Below are positions 50,656 to 61,414 of a stretch of 64,000 bases of DNA, in pieces (position 1 is the first letter of the stretch; each line of letters begins with the position of its first letter). The position numbers and the translations under genes are program-made. The stretch comes from an uncultured Actinomycetes bacterium (GTDB lineage: Bacteria; Actinomycetota; Thermoleophilia; Gaiellales; Gaiellaceae): contig CAWFNA010000001.1 of assembly GCA_963817105.1 (NCBI GenBank), forward strand, positions 66,711 through 130,710, read 5' to 3'. The notes under the pieces are model-generated. The model was given only the letters and a program-made list of their open reading frames with translations. It did not search any database and was not told where the DNA came from.

Positions 50656-51795
50656 TTGGAGGGCCTGCTCGCACAGCTGCGCGACCGGACGCCGCAGATG
50701 GTCGATGCGCTGCGCATCCTGGTCGAGGCTGAGTCGCCGACGGCGGATCCCGCCGCGTGCGCGGCGTGCGCCGACGTCGCCGACGAGCTGGCGTCGCGGC
50801 TGCTCGGAACGCGCGGAGAACGCTGCGAGGTGGACGGGCGCGTGCACCTCCGCTGGCGGTTCGGATCCGCGGACCGCGTGCTCCTGATCGGGCACCTCGA
50901 CACCGTCTGGCCGCTCGGGACGCTCGCGTCGTGGCCGTTCGCCGCCGACGGCGAGACCGCGACCGGGCCCGGCGTGTTCGACATGAAGGCCGGCGTCGTC
51001 CAGCTCCTGTTCGCCCTGAACGCCCTCGAGGCGCTCGACGGCGTCGTCGTCCTCCTGACGTCCGACGAGGAGATCGGGTCGCCGACGTCGCGCGCGCTGA
51101 TCCAGGAGACGGCGGCGTCCGTCGAGGCGGCGCTCGTGCTCGAGCCGAGCGCGGCCGGAGCGTTGAAGACCGAGCGGAAGGGCGTCGCGACCTACCGGCT
51201 CGACGTCGAGGGACGCGCGGCGCACGCCGGGCTCGACCCCGAGCTGGGCGTGAACGCGGCGGTCGAGCTCGTCCACCAGTTGCTGGCCGTCGTGGAGCTG
51301 GCCGATCACGCCCAGGGGACGACCGTGAACCCCGGCATCGTCGCGGCGGGCACCGCGGTCAACACCGTCCCGGCCCAGGCAACGGCGCAGATCGACGTGC
51401 GGACGAGGTCTCGCGCCGAGGCGGACCGCATCGACGCCGCCTTCCGCGCGCTCCAGCCCGTCGCCGCAGGTGCGGTCCTCGCGGTCGAGCGGGTCTCGGC
51501 GGTGCCGCCGTTGGAGCGAGCCTCATCGGCGTCGCTGTTTCGTCGCGCCGAGAAGCTCGCGCGCCGGCTCGGGCTGCCGGCGCTCACGGAGGCTGCCGTC
51601 GGCGGCGGCTCCGACGGCAACATGATTGCGGAGCTCGGCGTCCCGACCCTGGACGGCCTCGGCGCGATCGGAGACCACGCGCACGGCCGCGGCGAGTACG
51701 TCCGGATCGGCGCGATGGCGGAGCGTGCGGCGCTCGTCGCGGCGCTCGTCGAGGATCTCCTTGTCGGCGGCACCGAGGGCACGGCCTCCGATTAG
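50656..51795 (+). CDS. M20-family metallopeptidase/amidohydrolase (carboxypeptidase G2-like)
   Basis: LIGHLDTVWP, GVFDMKAG, LLTSDEEIGS, GGGSDGN, DHAHGRGEYV. TTG start. Confidence 0.8.
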   Translation: MEGLLAQLRDRTPQMVDALRILVEAESPTADPAACAACADVADELASRLLGTRGERCEVDGRVHLRWRFGSADRVLLIGHLDTVWPLGTLASWPFAADGETATGPGVFDMKAGVVQLLFALNALEALDGVVVLLTSDEEIGSPTSRALIQETAASVEAALVLEPSAAGALKTERKGVATYRLDVEGRAAHAGLDPELGVNAAVELVHQLLAVVELADHAQGTTVNPGIVAAGTAVNTVPAQATAQIDVRTRSRAEADRIDAAFRALQPVAAGAVLAVERVSAVPPLERASSASLFRRAEKLARRLGLPALTEAAVGGGSDGNMIAELGVPTLDGLGAIGDHAHGRGEYVRIGAMAERAALVAALVEDLLVGGTEGTASD

Positions 51796-51843
51796 GCGTC
51801 GAGAACGAGGCGAGGGCTGGGCCGCGAGGAGAGGCTTAGGCCG

Positions 51844-54800
51844 GTGACTCGCCGCCAGCGAATCGACGACCTGACCACGGTTGCCGTGCCGGAGCAGCCC
51901 GCCCTCTCACCGGACGGCGGCGAGGTGGTCTACGTGCTCCGCACGATCGACGCGGACGCCGACAGGGCCGTGCGTGCCCTCTGGCGAGTCGGAGCACGGA
52001 CGGGCGAGCCGCAACAACTGACCCGCGGCACCGCGGACATGTCGCCAGCCTGGTCGCCGGATGGATCGCGGATCGCCTTCCTCCGCGCGCAGGACGGGCC
52101 GGCGCAGATCTGGACGCTTCCGGCCGCGAGGCGGCGAGCCGCAGCAGCTGACGACGCTGCCGCTCGGCGCCGGCGCGCCGGTCTGGAGCCCCGACGGGTC
52201 GAGCATCGCGTTCGCCGCGGCCACCGACATGCTCGCCGACGAGGGCGAGGACGACGCGGCCCGGGCGAAGCGGGCGGCGGCGCCGATCGTCGCCGACCGG
52301 CTCGACTACCAGGCCGACGGAGCCGGCTTCATCCGCACGATCCGCAAGCACGTGCATGTCCTCGACCCCGAGACCAAGGACTGCCGCCAGGTCACCCGCG
52401 GCGACTGGCACGCCGGTGACCCGTCCTGGTCGCCGGACAGCGAGAAGCTCGCGTTCGCGGCGGCGACCGCGCCCGACGCCGACCTCCGGCCGCGCGTCCC
52501 TGTCCACCTTGTCCACGTGGGCGAGACCGATGGGACGCCGGAGCCCGTCGCGCTCCACGATGGGCTCGCCGGCGCGATCACGTGGAGCAGCGACGGCTCG
52601 TCGCTACTCGTCGTCGGCTGGCCCGGCGATCCGGTCGGCCACCAGGGCCTGTTCCGCGTGCCGCTGGACGGCGGCGAGGCCGAGAACCTCGCGGCCCCCC
52701 TCGACCGGAACGTGATGCAGGGCGGGCCGGCCTATCCTGGGGGGCTGCCGCAGCTCGCCGAGGACGGCCGAGTCGTTGTCTTCTGCGTCCGTGACCGCGG
52801 CTGCACGCACCTGTACTCGACGCCGCTGGAGGGCGGCGCTCCCGAGCCGGTCGTCGCCGGCGCCGGCCGCGTCGTCTCGGGCCTGTCGCTCGCCGGCGGG
52901 ACGGCCGCAGTCGTGCTCGCCACGCCCACGTCGCTCGGCGAGATCGTCGTCGTCGACCTGGCCACCGGCGAGGAGACGGTCCGCACGAGCCACGGCGAGA
53001 GCGAGGTCGAGCTGTACGTGCGCGAGGAGCGCGTCTTCGCGATCTCGGACGGGGTCGAGGTGCACGGCTGGCTCATGCGCGACCAGTCGGTCGCCAGGCC
53101 CCAGCCGCTCCTGCTGGACATCCACGGCGGGCCGCACAACGCCTGGAACGGCGCCGCCGACGACATGCACCTGTACCACCAGGAGCTCGTCCGCCGTGGG
53201 TGGACGATCCTGCTGATCAACCCGCGCGGGAGCGACGGGTACGGCGAGGAGTTCTACCTCGGCGTCCGCAACGCGTGGGGCGAGGTCGACGCGAAGGACT
53301 TCCTCGAGCCGATCGACGACCTCGTCGCGGAGGGCATCGCCGATCCGAAGCGGCTAGCGGTCACCGGCTACAGCTACGGCGGCTACATGACCTGTTACCT
53401 CACGAGTCGGGACGACCGGTTCACGGCCGCCGTCGCGGGTGGTGTCGTCGCCGATCTCACCAGCCAGGCAGGCACGGCCGACATGGGGCACTTCATGAAC
53501 GCGTACGAGCTCGGCGGCACGCCGTGGGCCGACCGCGAGCGCTTCGACGCGATGTCGCCCTTCGCGTCGGTCGACCGCGTCGAGACGCCGACGCTGATCC
53601 TCCACGGGGCCGCCGACCAACGCTGCCCCGTGGGCCAGGCGCAGCAATGGCACACCGCCCTGCGCGAGCTCGGCGTCCCGACGCGGCTCGTGCTCTACCC
53701 CGAGGCCGGGCACCTCTTTATCCTCGAAGGCAGGCCGTCGCACCGCATCGACTACAACCAACGTGTCATCGACTGGGTGGAGGAATACGCCGTGGAAACT
53801 CGCACGAAGATCGATCAGAAGCACTGGCAGCGCCGACTCGGCGAGATCGCCGAACGGCATCGGGTGCCGGGCGCCACGCTCGGGATCCTGCGCTTCAACC
53901 CCGACGGCGAGGACGAGCTCGTCGAGGCGGCGTACGGCCTCCTGAACAAGGAGACGGGCGTCGAGACCACGACCGACTCGGTCTTCCAGATCGGGTCGAT
54001 CACGAAGGTCTGGACCGCGACCGTCGCGATGCAGCTCGTCGACGAGGGCAAGGTCGACCTCGACGCGCCCGTCGCCGACGTGCTCCCCGAGCTCACCCTC
54101 GCGGACGAGGACGTGGCGAAGCAGGTGACGCTGCGCCAGCTCCTCACGCACACGAGCGGCATCGACGGCGACATCTTCACCGACACCGGGCGGGGCGACG
54201 ACGCGGTCGAGAAGTACGTCGCCCAGCTGGCGGACGCCGGCCAGAACCACCCCATCGGCGCGACCTGGTCGTACTGCAACTCCGGCTACACGATCGTCGG
54301 GCGCGTGATCGAGAAGCTGACGGAGGGCACCTGGGACGCCGCGATGGGCGAGCGGCTCTTCACGCCTCTGGGCCTGCAGCACACGGGGACGCTCCCGGAG
54401 GAAGCGCTGCTCCACCGGGCGGCCATGGGCCACATCGGCGACGACAACGACCGCGCGCCGACCTGGGTCCTGCCGCGGTCGGCCGGCCCGGCCGGCCTGA
54501 TCAACTCGACCGTCGCCGACGTCCTCGCCTTCGCGCGGATGCACCTCGCCGGCGGCGTCGCGGCGGACGGGACGCGCGTGCTCAGCGAGGAGAGCGCGGC
54601 GGCCATGACGGAGCACCAGGCCGACGTGCCCGACAAGCACACGCTCGGGGACTCGTGGGGGCTCGGCTGGATCCGCTTCGACTGGAACGGCCGGCGCCTG
54701 ATCGGCCACGACGGGAACACGCTCGGCCAGGCGGCATACCTGAAGCTCTTCCCCGACGAGGGCCTGGCGGTCACGCTCCTCACGAACGGCGGCAGCGGCC

Positions 54801-55177
54801 ACGACCTCTATGTCGAGCTCTACCGCGAGATCTTCGCCGAGCTCGCGGACCTCGAGATGCCGGATCCGCTCAAGCCGCCGGCCGAGCCCGTGGAGGTCGA
54901 CGTCGACTCCCACGTCGGCACGTACGAGCGCGCGAGCGTCAAGATCGAGGTGCTGAACGACGGCGACGGGCCGCTCCTGCGCACGACCGTCACCGGACCG
55001 CTCGCCGAGCTGATGCCGAAGACGACCGAGGAGTACGCCCTCATCCCAGTGGAGGACAACCTTTTCGTCGTTCAGCCGTCACAGACGGAGACATGGATCC
55101 CGGTGACCTTCTATGAGCTGTCGGGCGGCGAGAAGTACATGCACTTCGGTGCCCGCGCGACGCCGAAAGTGGGCTAA
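51844..55177 (+). pseudogene. fusion protein: beta-propeller + S9 prolyl-oligopeptidase domain + beta-lactamase-fold serine hydrolase (D-aminopeptidase-like) + C-terminal barrel, with one apparent frameshift
   Basis: N-terminus in ORF 51844..52419 (WSPDGSRIAF repeats), with a shift near 52127 into ORF 52061..55177. S9 motifs: HGGPHNAW, GYSYGG, LILHGAADQRCP, EAGHLF. Then QIGSITKVW (SxxK), YCNSGY (YxN), GHDGNTLG, and a ~110-aa tail. Confidence 0.75.
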
Positions 55178-55363
55178 GGAGCGGCGCCGGTCGCTGAGGC
55201 GACTGGTGGCCGCTCGTGTGGAATCACCAATCTCGCGCTGGGCGTTCGTCCGAGGCGACGAGGCTGGTCGATGACCGCGGTTCCATGATCTGTACGAGCG
55301 GAAGGTCGGCGAAGGGGGCTCGCCAACCCGGAAAACCTGGCATGGTCGAATGGGAGGGTGTAG

Positions 55364-56942
55364 ATGCGTAGGGTAGTTGGTGCAATCGTGACCGCCGCCG
55401 CGGTCGTGTTGCTCACAGCAGGTCTCGCGACCGGAAGCCTGGGCCCCGGCGGGGGAGCGGGTTCTCTGGCGGCGTCGTCCCCGCAGGCTTCGGCGGCGAA
55501 GGCCGCCGTCAAGGGCACGCTCACGATCGCGATCGGGAGCGACCCGGGCAACCTCGATCCACAGCTGTCATTGCTCTCGACGACGCGAGGGGTCAACAAC
55601 TTCGCCTACGACACGCTCGTCCACATCGTCGGGCCGGGCCAGGTCCCGGTCGGGGCTCGCGACGTCCTGGAAGGTGCTCTCGACGACGAGGGTCCGGTTC
55701 ACGCTGGTGCGTGGCGCCACGTGCTCCGACGGCAGCGCCATGAACGCGTCGGTCGTCAAGCGGAACCTCGATTTCGTCAGCGACCCGAAGAACAAGTCGC
55801 CGCTGCTCGGCGTGTTCGTCCCCCCGAACCTGACGGTCGCTGCGAACAACAGGGCCCGAACGGTCACGGTCACCAGTCCGACGCCGAACCCGTTCCCGCT
55901 GCAAGGGCTCGGGCTCGTCCAGATGGTCTGCACGCGGGGCATGAACAACCGCTCTCTGCTCGTGCACCGCGCAATCGGGAGCGGCCCGTACCGGCTCACG
56001 CAGGCGGTCTCCGGTGACCACTACACCTTCGCGGTGCGCAACGGATACCACTGGGGATCCGGCGGTGGGACGACCCGCGCGCTGCCGTCGAAGGTCGTCT
56101 TCAAGGTCGTCTCGAACGAGACGACGACGGCGAACCTCCTGCTCTCGCACGGCGTGAACATCGGCTCGATCATCGGTCCCGACCGCACGCGTCTGAACCG
56201 GGCCAAGCTGTTCAAGGTCGTCCTGGCCGCCACGCCCAACGAGTTCTGGTTCAACCAGAACAGCGGCCACGCAGCCGCGAACGCGGGCGTCCGCCGCGGG
56301 CTCGTCCAGGCAATGCGGCTCACCCAGATCGGATCGATCATCACCTCCGGGCGGGGCGTGCCGATCAGGACGTTGACGAGCCAGGCCTTTACGCCGTGCA
56401 AGGGGAACTCCGTCAAGGGGAGCATCCCGGCCTACAACCCGACCGCCGCGAGGGCGGCCCTCTCGAGCCGTCCCGCGATCAGGATCGTCTACCCGTCGGA
56501 TTTCGGCGCTTCGATCACGGCGGCGATGGAGCTCCTCCAGGCTCAGCTCTCGACGGCGGGCGCGAGGGTGACCCTCGTCGGAGGCACCGAGACGGATCTC
56601 TTGACGGCGCTCTTCGGCACCGGCAACTGGGACATTGCGTTCGCCCCGGTGACGGTCGCGAACCCGTCGCAGCTCGTCGGGCTCGTCTCGGGGCCGGCAG
56701 CGCCGAACGGCGCGAACTTCAGCAACATCGACAACGCCTCGTACAAGTCGCTGTCCACGTCCGCGCTCGGGAAGTTCGGCGCGGCCGCGTGCAGGGACTG
56801 GATCAGGGCGGAGTCCGCGCTGATGCGGGGCAGCGACGTCGCTCCGACGAACGTCACGACCACCGCGACGTACGGCAGCAGGGCAAGGTTCGGGCTCGAC
56901 GTCGCGGGCATCATCCCGACGAGCGTGAGGCTCACGAAGTGA
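55364..56942 (+). pseudogene. ABC transporter substrate-binding protein, family 5 (peptide/nickel type), with one apparent frameshift
   Basis: Signal peptide MRRVVGAIVTAAAVVLLTAG, then GTLTIAIGSDPGNLDPQ. The shift is near 55650 into ORF 55674..56942. Confidence 0.75.
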
Positions 56943-56943
56943 G

Positions 56944-57939
56944 GTGACAGAAGCCTCGGCTTCTGTCCCGCGTCCACGGCACTGGTGGGCGGACCATCCC
57001 CGGTCCGCCCACGTGGTGCGCCGTTCGGCTCGACTCGTCGTCTCGCTCGTCCTGTTGCTGACGGCGACGTTCGTGATGATCCATCTCGTGCCTGGCGACC
57101 CGGTTCGGGCATCGCTGGGGTTCACTGCGCCGGAGAGCCTCGTCCGCGAACGGCGCGCGGCGCTCGGGCTCGACGATCCAATCGCCACGCAGTACGTCCA
57201 CTACGTCGGTCGTGTCCTGCACGGCGACTTCGGGACGTCGCTGACGTCGCAGGAGCCGGTCACCGACATTGTGCGCGCACGCTTTCCGGCCACGTTGCGC
57301 ATCGCGGGGCTCGCATTCCTCGTGGCGATGCTGATCTCGATTCCCCTCGGCGTGACGATGGCCGCGGCAACCCGTGACGGCCGGCGCCGGGGTGTCGAGC
57401 TTGCGTTCACCTCGACGTCGGGCGCGCTCGCCTCGATCCCTTCGTACTTGCTCGCGGTCGGCCTCGTCTACGTCTTCGCCGTCACGTGGAAAGCCCTGCC
57501 GGTGGCAGGCCGCAGCGGCGCCTCGTCGTACGTGCTCCCGGTCGCCGCGCTCGCGATCGGGCCGGCGCTCGCGCTGTCGCGGATCGTCCGGGTCGAGGGC
57601 CTCAGAGTGCTCGACCAGGACTTCATCCGCACGGCTCGCGGGAAGCGGTTGTCGCCCCGCCTGGTGTATCTGCGGCACGCTCTGCCCAACACGCTGACCG
57701 CAACCCTGACGATCGCGGGCCTCCTGCTCGGCACCCTGATCGCCGGAACCGTCCTCGTGGAGAACGTCTTCGCCTGGCCGGGACTGGGGACGTCGCTCGT
57801 CCAGTCGGTCGCCGCGAGGGACTACCCCACGGTGCAGGCGCTCGCCGTGATCTTCGGAGGGCTCGTGCTCGTCATCAACTTCGTCGTGGACATCGCGCTC
57901 GGCGTGATCGATCCGCAGTCGACGATCAACGACCGGTAA
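56944..57939 (+). CDS. ABC transporter permease (DppB/OppB-like)
   Basis: LTATFVMIHLVPGDPV and the FIRTARGKRLS EAA-loop region. The true start may be GTG 57013. Confidence 0.8.
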   Translation: MTEASASVPRPRHWWADHPRSAHVVRRSARLVVSLVLLLTATFVMIHLVPGDPVRASLGFTAPESLVRERRAALGLDDPIATQYVHYVGRVLHGDFGTSLTSQEPVTDIVRARFPATLRIAGLAFLVAMLISIPLGVTMAAATRDGRRRGVELAFTSTSGALASIPSYLLAVGLVYVFAVTWKALPVAGRSGASSYVLPVAALAIGPALALSRIVRVEGLRVLDQDFIRTARGKRLSPRLVYLRHALPNTLTATLTIAGLLLGTLIAGTVLVENVFAWPGLGTSLVQSVAARDYPTVQALAVIFGGLVLVINFVVDIALGVIDPQSTINDR

Positions 57940-57945
57940 GCGGCG

Positions 57946-59872
57946 TTGTCCCGGCGCTGGCTCCAGGTGCTGCGCAGCCCCGTCGGGGCGGTCGCGTTCG
58001 TGATGGTCTCCGTGATCGTCCTGCTTGCGATCGTCGCGCCGGAGATCTGGTCGCATGCGGCATCCCGCTTCGACTTCACCGCCACGCAGCAGGGACCGAG
58101 CCGCGAGCACCTGCTCGGCACCGACGCGCTCGGGCGCGACATCCTCGACAGGATCCTCGTCGCCACGCGCCTGTCGGTCTCGCTGGCTGCCCTCGCTACC
58201 GGGCTCGGCGCTGCGATCGGCATTCCGATCGGCGCGCTGCCGGTGATCGCCGGCCCGCGGCTCGGCCGTCTCGTCGCCGGGTTCATCAACCTGACCGTCG
58301 CCTTCCCGGCGCTCCTGCTCGCGATCTTCGTCGCCGGGATCGTCGGCGTCGGCGCGCGCGGAGCCGTGATCGGCCTCGGCTGCGCCGTCGCGCCGTACTT
58401 CGCGCGTCTGAGCCAGACGCTGTCCGCGTCGGTCGCCGGCTCCGACTACGTCGCCGCTGCGCGCGTGCTCGGCGTCAGCCGCCCCAGGCTGATCTTCCGC
58501 CATGTCCTCCCGAACATCGCCGAGCCGCTCCTACTGACGATCACGATTGCGATGGGGGACGCTCTGCTCGCCCTGGCCGGTCTGAGCTTCCTGGGGCTCG
58601 GTGTCCAGCCGCCCTCCTACGACTGGGGGCGGATGCTCAACGAGGGACTCGATCGGATCTACGTCACGCCGGTGGTGGCGCTCGCGCCCGCGGTCGCGAT
58701 CGTGCTCGCGGCGGTCGGCTTCAACCTCCTCGGCGAGGCCCTCGCCAAGGCGGCGAGCGGCCGGACGGCGCCGCCGCGCTGGAAGGGCGCGGGGACGAGC
58801 GGGGGCGCTGGCGCAGTCGACGCCGAGCCGCCGGCGGCGGCCGCGGGCCGCGCCGACACCGAGCTCGTCCTCGAGTGTGAGGGGCTCTCCGTCTCGTTCC
58901 CCGGCGGGTCGGTCCCCGTGCGCGACATCTCGATGTCGCTCGCGCCCGGGGAGATCGTCGGGATCGTCGGCGAGTCCGGCTCCGGCAAGAGCCTCACGGC
59001 CATGGCGATCGCCGACCTGCTGCCGGGGCAGGGGCGCATGACCGCCCGCCGTTTGCGGTTGTTCGGGCAGGACCCGCGTATCGCTCGACGCCGCAGCACG
59101 GCGCAAGCTGCTCGGCTCGTCGCTCGCGATCGTGTACCAGGATCCGATGTCCTCGCTCAATCCGGCTCTGCGCGTCGGGACGCAGCTCACGGAGGTCGCC
59201 GAGGAGCACGGCGGCGCGACGCGATCGGAGGCACGGGAGCGGAGCGTCGACCGCCTGCGGCTCGTGCGCGTGAACAACCCCGAGCGGCGTGTCCGTCAGT
59301 TCCCGTACGAGTTCTCCGGCGGGATGCGCCAGCGGGCCGTGATCGGCATGGGCCTGATGGTCGAGCCCCGGCTGATCATCGCGGACGAGCCGACGACCGC
59401 GCTCGACGTCACGGTGCAGCAGCAGATCCTCCGACTGCTCGACAACGCCAGCAAGTCGTCCGGAGCAGCGGCCATCTTCATCTCGCACGACATCGCCGTC
59501 GTCTCGCAGCTCTGTAGCCGCGTGCTCGTGATGTACGCCGGACGTATCGTCGAGGAGCTCGACATCGAGGCGCTCACGGAGCAGCCGGCGCACCCGTACA
59601 CCGCGGCGCTCGTCGCCGCGGTGCCGACGATGGAGTCGGAGCGCGGCCGCCGGCTCGCGACGATCCCCGGGCGCGCTCCGGGGCCTTTCGATCATTCTCC
59701 GGGCTGCCCATATGCGTCGCGTTGCCCACGTGTGTCCGAGCGCTGTCGCGTCGAGATGCCTCCGCTGGAGCCGCTCGGCGACGGGCATCGCGCCGCATGC
59801 TGGCATCCGATCGGCGCGGGGGAGAGCCCGGCGCCGCTCGAGGAACCGCTCTCGACGCGCGACGTCGCTTGA
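57946..59872 (+). pseudogene. ABC permease (DppC-like) fused in frame to an ATP-binding domain (DppD-like), with one apparent frameshift
   Basis: Permease: HLLGTDALGRDILDRI, YVAAARVLGVSRPRLIFRHVLPN. About 35-aa linker. NBD: GESGSGKS, then a shift near 59070 into ORF 59132..59872 (YQDPMSSLNP, FSGGMRQRA, IIADEPTTALD, PHPYT). Confidence 0.7.
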
Positions 59873-60879
59873 CCACCCTCGAGACCCGTGAGCTGACGGT
59901 GCGGTTCGGTCGCGGCACGTCGACCCTGACCGCCGTCGACCGGGTCGACCTGCTGGTTCCCGAGCAGACGATCCTGGGGCTCGTCGGGGAGTCGGGGTCC
60001 GGCAAGTCGACGGTCGCGCGCGCCCTCGTCGGACTCACCCCGATCGCGGGCGGCGACGTCCTGCTCGACGGAGAGTCCGTCGTGGGTGGGCGCAGTCGCC
60101 GCGTGTCGGCGCATCGGCGCGTGCAGATGGTCTTCCAGGATCCGTTTGCGTCGCTCAATCCCCGGATGACCGTGGGCGCGGCGATCGCGGAGGCGCTGAC
60201 GGTCGGTCGCCGCACCGAACGAGCCGCGCGGGGGGAGTCGGTCACGGACTACCTCGAGCTCGTGCACCTCGATCCGGCGGTCGCGGAGAATCCACCGAGC
60301 CAGCTGTCCGGGGGCCAGCGTCAGCGGGTCGCGATCGCGCGGGCGCTCGCCGCGCGGCCCGAGGTGCTGATCGCCGACGAGATCACCTCGTCGCTCGACG
60401 TCTCCGTCCAGAGCGCGGTCCTCAACCTCATGCGCGACCTGCAGCGGCAGCTCGGGATCTCGATGATCTTCATCTCGCACAACCTCGCGACCGTCCGCTA
60501 CGTCAGCGACATGCTCGCGGTCATGTACCTCGCCCGAGTCGTCGAGGTCGGATCGACCGAGGCGGTCGTGGCCGCACCGGAGCACCCGTACACGAGGACG
60601 CTGCTGGGCGCCGTCCCGCGCCTCGGCGTCCGCATCTCCGAGGGGGAGGCGAGCGGCGTCGACGCCGTCGAGCCTCCGGACCCGCACGACCCCCCGGCGG
60701 GCTGCCGGCTGCACCCGCGCTGCCCGATCGGCCCGCTGGTCGATCCGACGAGGCAGATCTGCATCGACGCCGACCCGCAGGACGAGGCGGGCACGAGGCT
60801 TCATCGAGCGGCCTGCCACTTCGCCGCGCGAGCGATCCCCGGCGACGTCTCGGACGCGCGCGAGCCGACTACGGCCTGA
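59869..60879 (+). CDS. ABC transporter ATP-binding protein (DppF/OppF-like)
   Basis: TTG 59869 overlaps the previous stop. Motifs: GESGSGKST, FQDPFASLNP, LSGGQRQRVAIARAL, LIADEITSSLD, EHPYT. Confidence 0.8.
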   Translation: MTTLETRELTVRFGRGTSTLTAVDRVDLLVPEQTILGLVGESGSGKSTVARALVGLTPIAGGDVLLDGESVVGGRSRRVSAHRRVQMVFQDPFASLNPRMTVGAAIAEALTVGRRTERAARGESVTDYLELVHLDPAVAENPPSQLSGGQRQRVAIARALAARPEVLIADEITSSLDVSVQSAVLNLMRDLQRQLGISMIFISHNLATVRYVSDMLAVMYLARVVEVGSTEAVVAAPEHPYTRTLLGAVPRLGVRISEGEASGVDAVEPPDPHDPPAGCRLHPRCPIGPLVDPTRQICIDADPQDEAGTRLHRAACHFAARAIPGDVSDAREPTTA

Positions 60880-61414
60880 GGCCGTCGATCACGACCTGGA
60901 CGTAGCGGCGCCACGCGTCGCTCCGTCCGGAGTTCATCGACGCCTGGATCGCCGCGCCCACGAGCGCGCCGATGTCGCGCGAGTCGAGGCCGCGACGGAT
61001 GGCGCCCGAGCGCTGCGCGCGGCGGATCAGCCTCCCGGCCGCCTCGTGCAGCTCTTGCTTGGCGTCCGAGACTTCCGCGAAGCCCTCGCACTGCTCGATG
61101 CCCTCGAAGAGGGCGCGGTCGCGTCGGCACGCCTCGGCGGCGACCCACATGAACTCCTCGAGGGCGGCTCCGGTGTCGGGCTGCTCGAGGAGCTCGTGCA
61201 CGCGCGCGACCAGCTCGTCGAGGCGCGCGCCGATGACCGCGGCACGAAGCGCATCCTTCGTCGGAAAGCGGCGGAAGATGGTGCCGTGGCCGACGCCGGC
61301 GCGGCGCGCGATCTCGTCCATGGTCACGTCCGGCCCGAGCTCGGCGTACGCGTCGGAGGCCGCCTCCAGGATGCGGTCGAGGTTCCGCTGTGCGTCGGCG
61401 CGAAGGACGGTCAT
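60869..61414 (-). CDS. TetR/AcrR-family transcriptional regulator
   Basis: MTVLRADAQRNLDRILEAASDAYAELGPDVTMDEIARRAGVGHGTIFRRFPTKDAL. The ATG sits in a CTGATGACC context. It is in the same frame as the upstream MFS with no intervening stop. Confidence 0.75.
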   Translation of the reverse strand: MTVLRADAQRNLDRILEAASDAYAELGPDVTMDEIARRAGVGHGTIFRRFPTKDALRAAVIGARLDELVARVHELLEQPDTGAALEEFMWVAAEACRRDRALFEGIEQCEGFAEVSDAKQELHEAAGRLIRRAQRSGAIRRGLDSRDIGALVGAAIQASMNSGRSDAWRRYVQVVIDGLRP

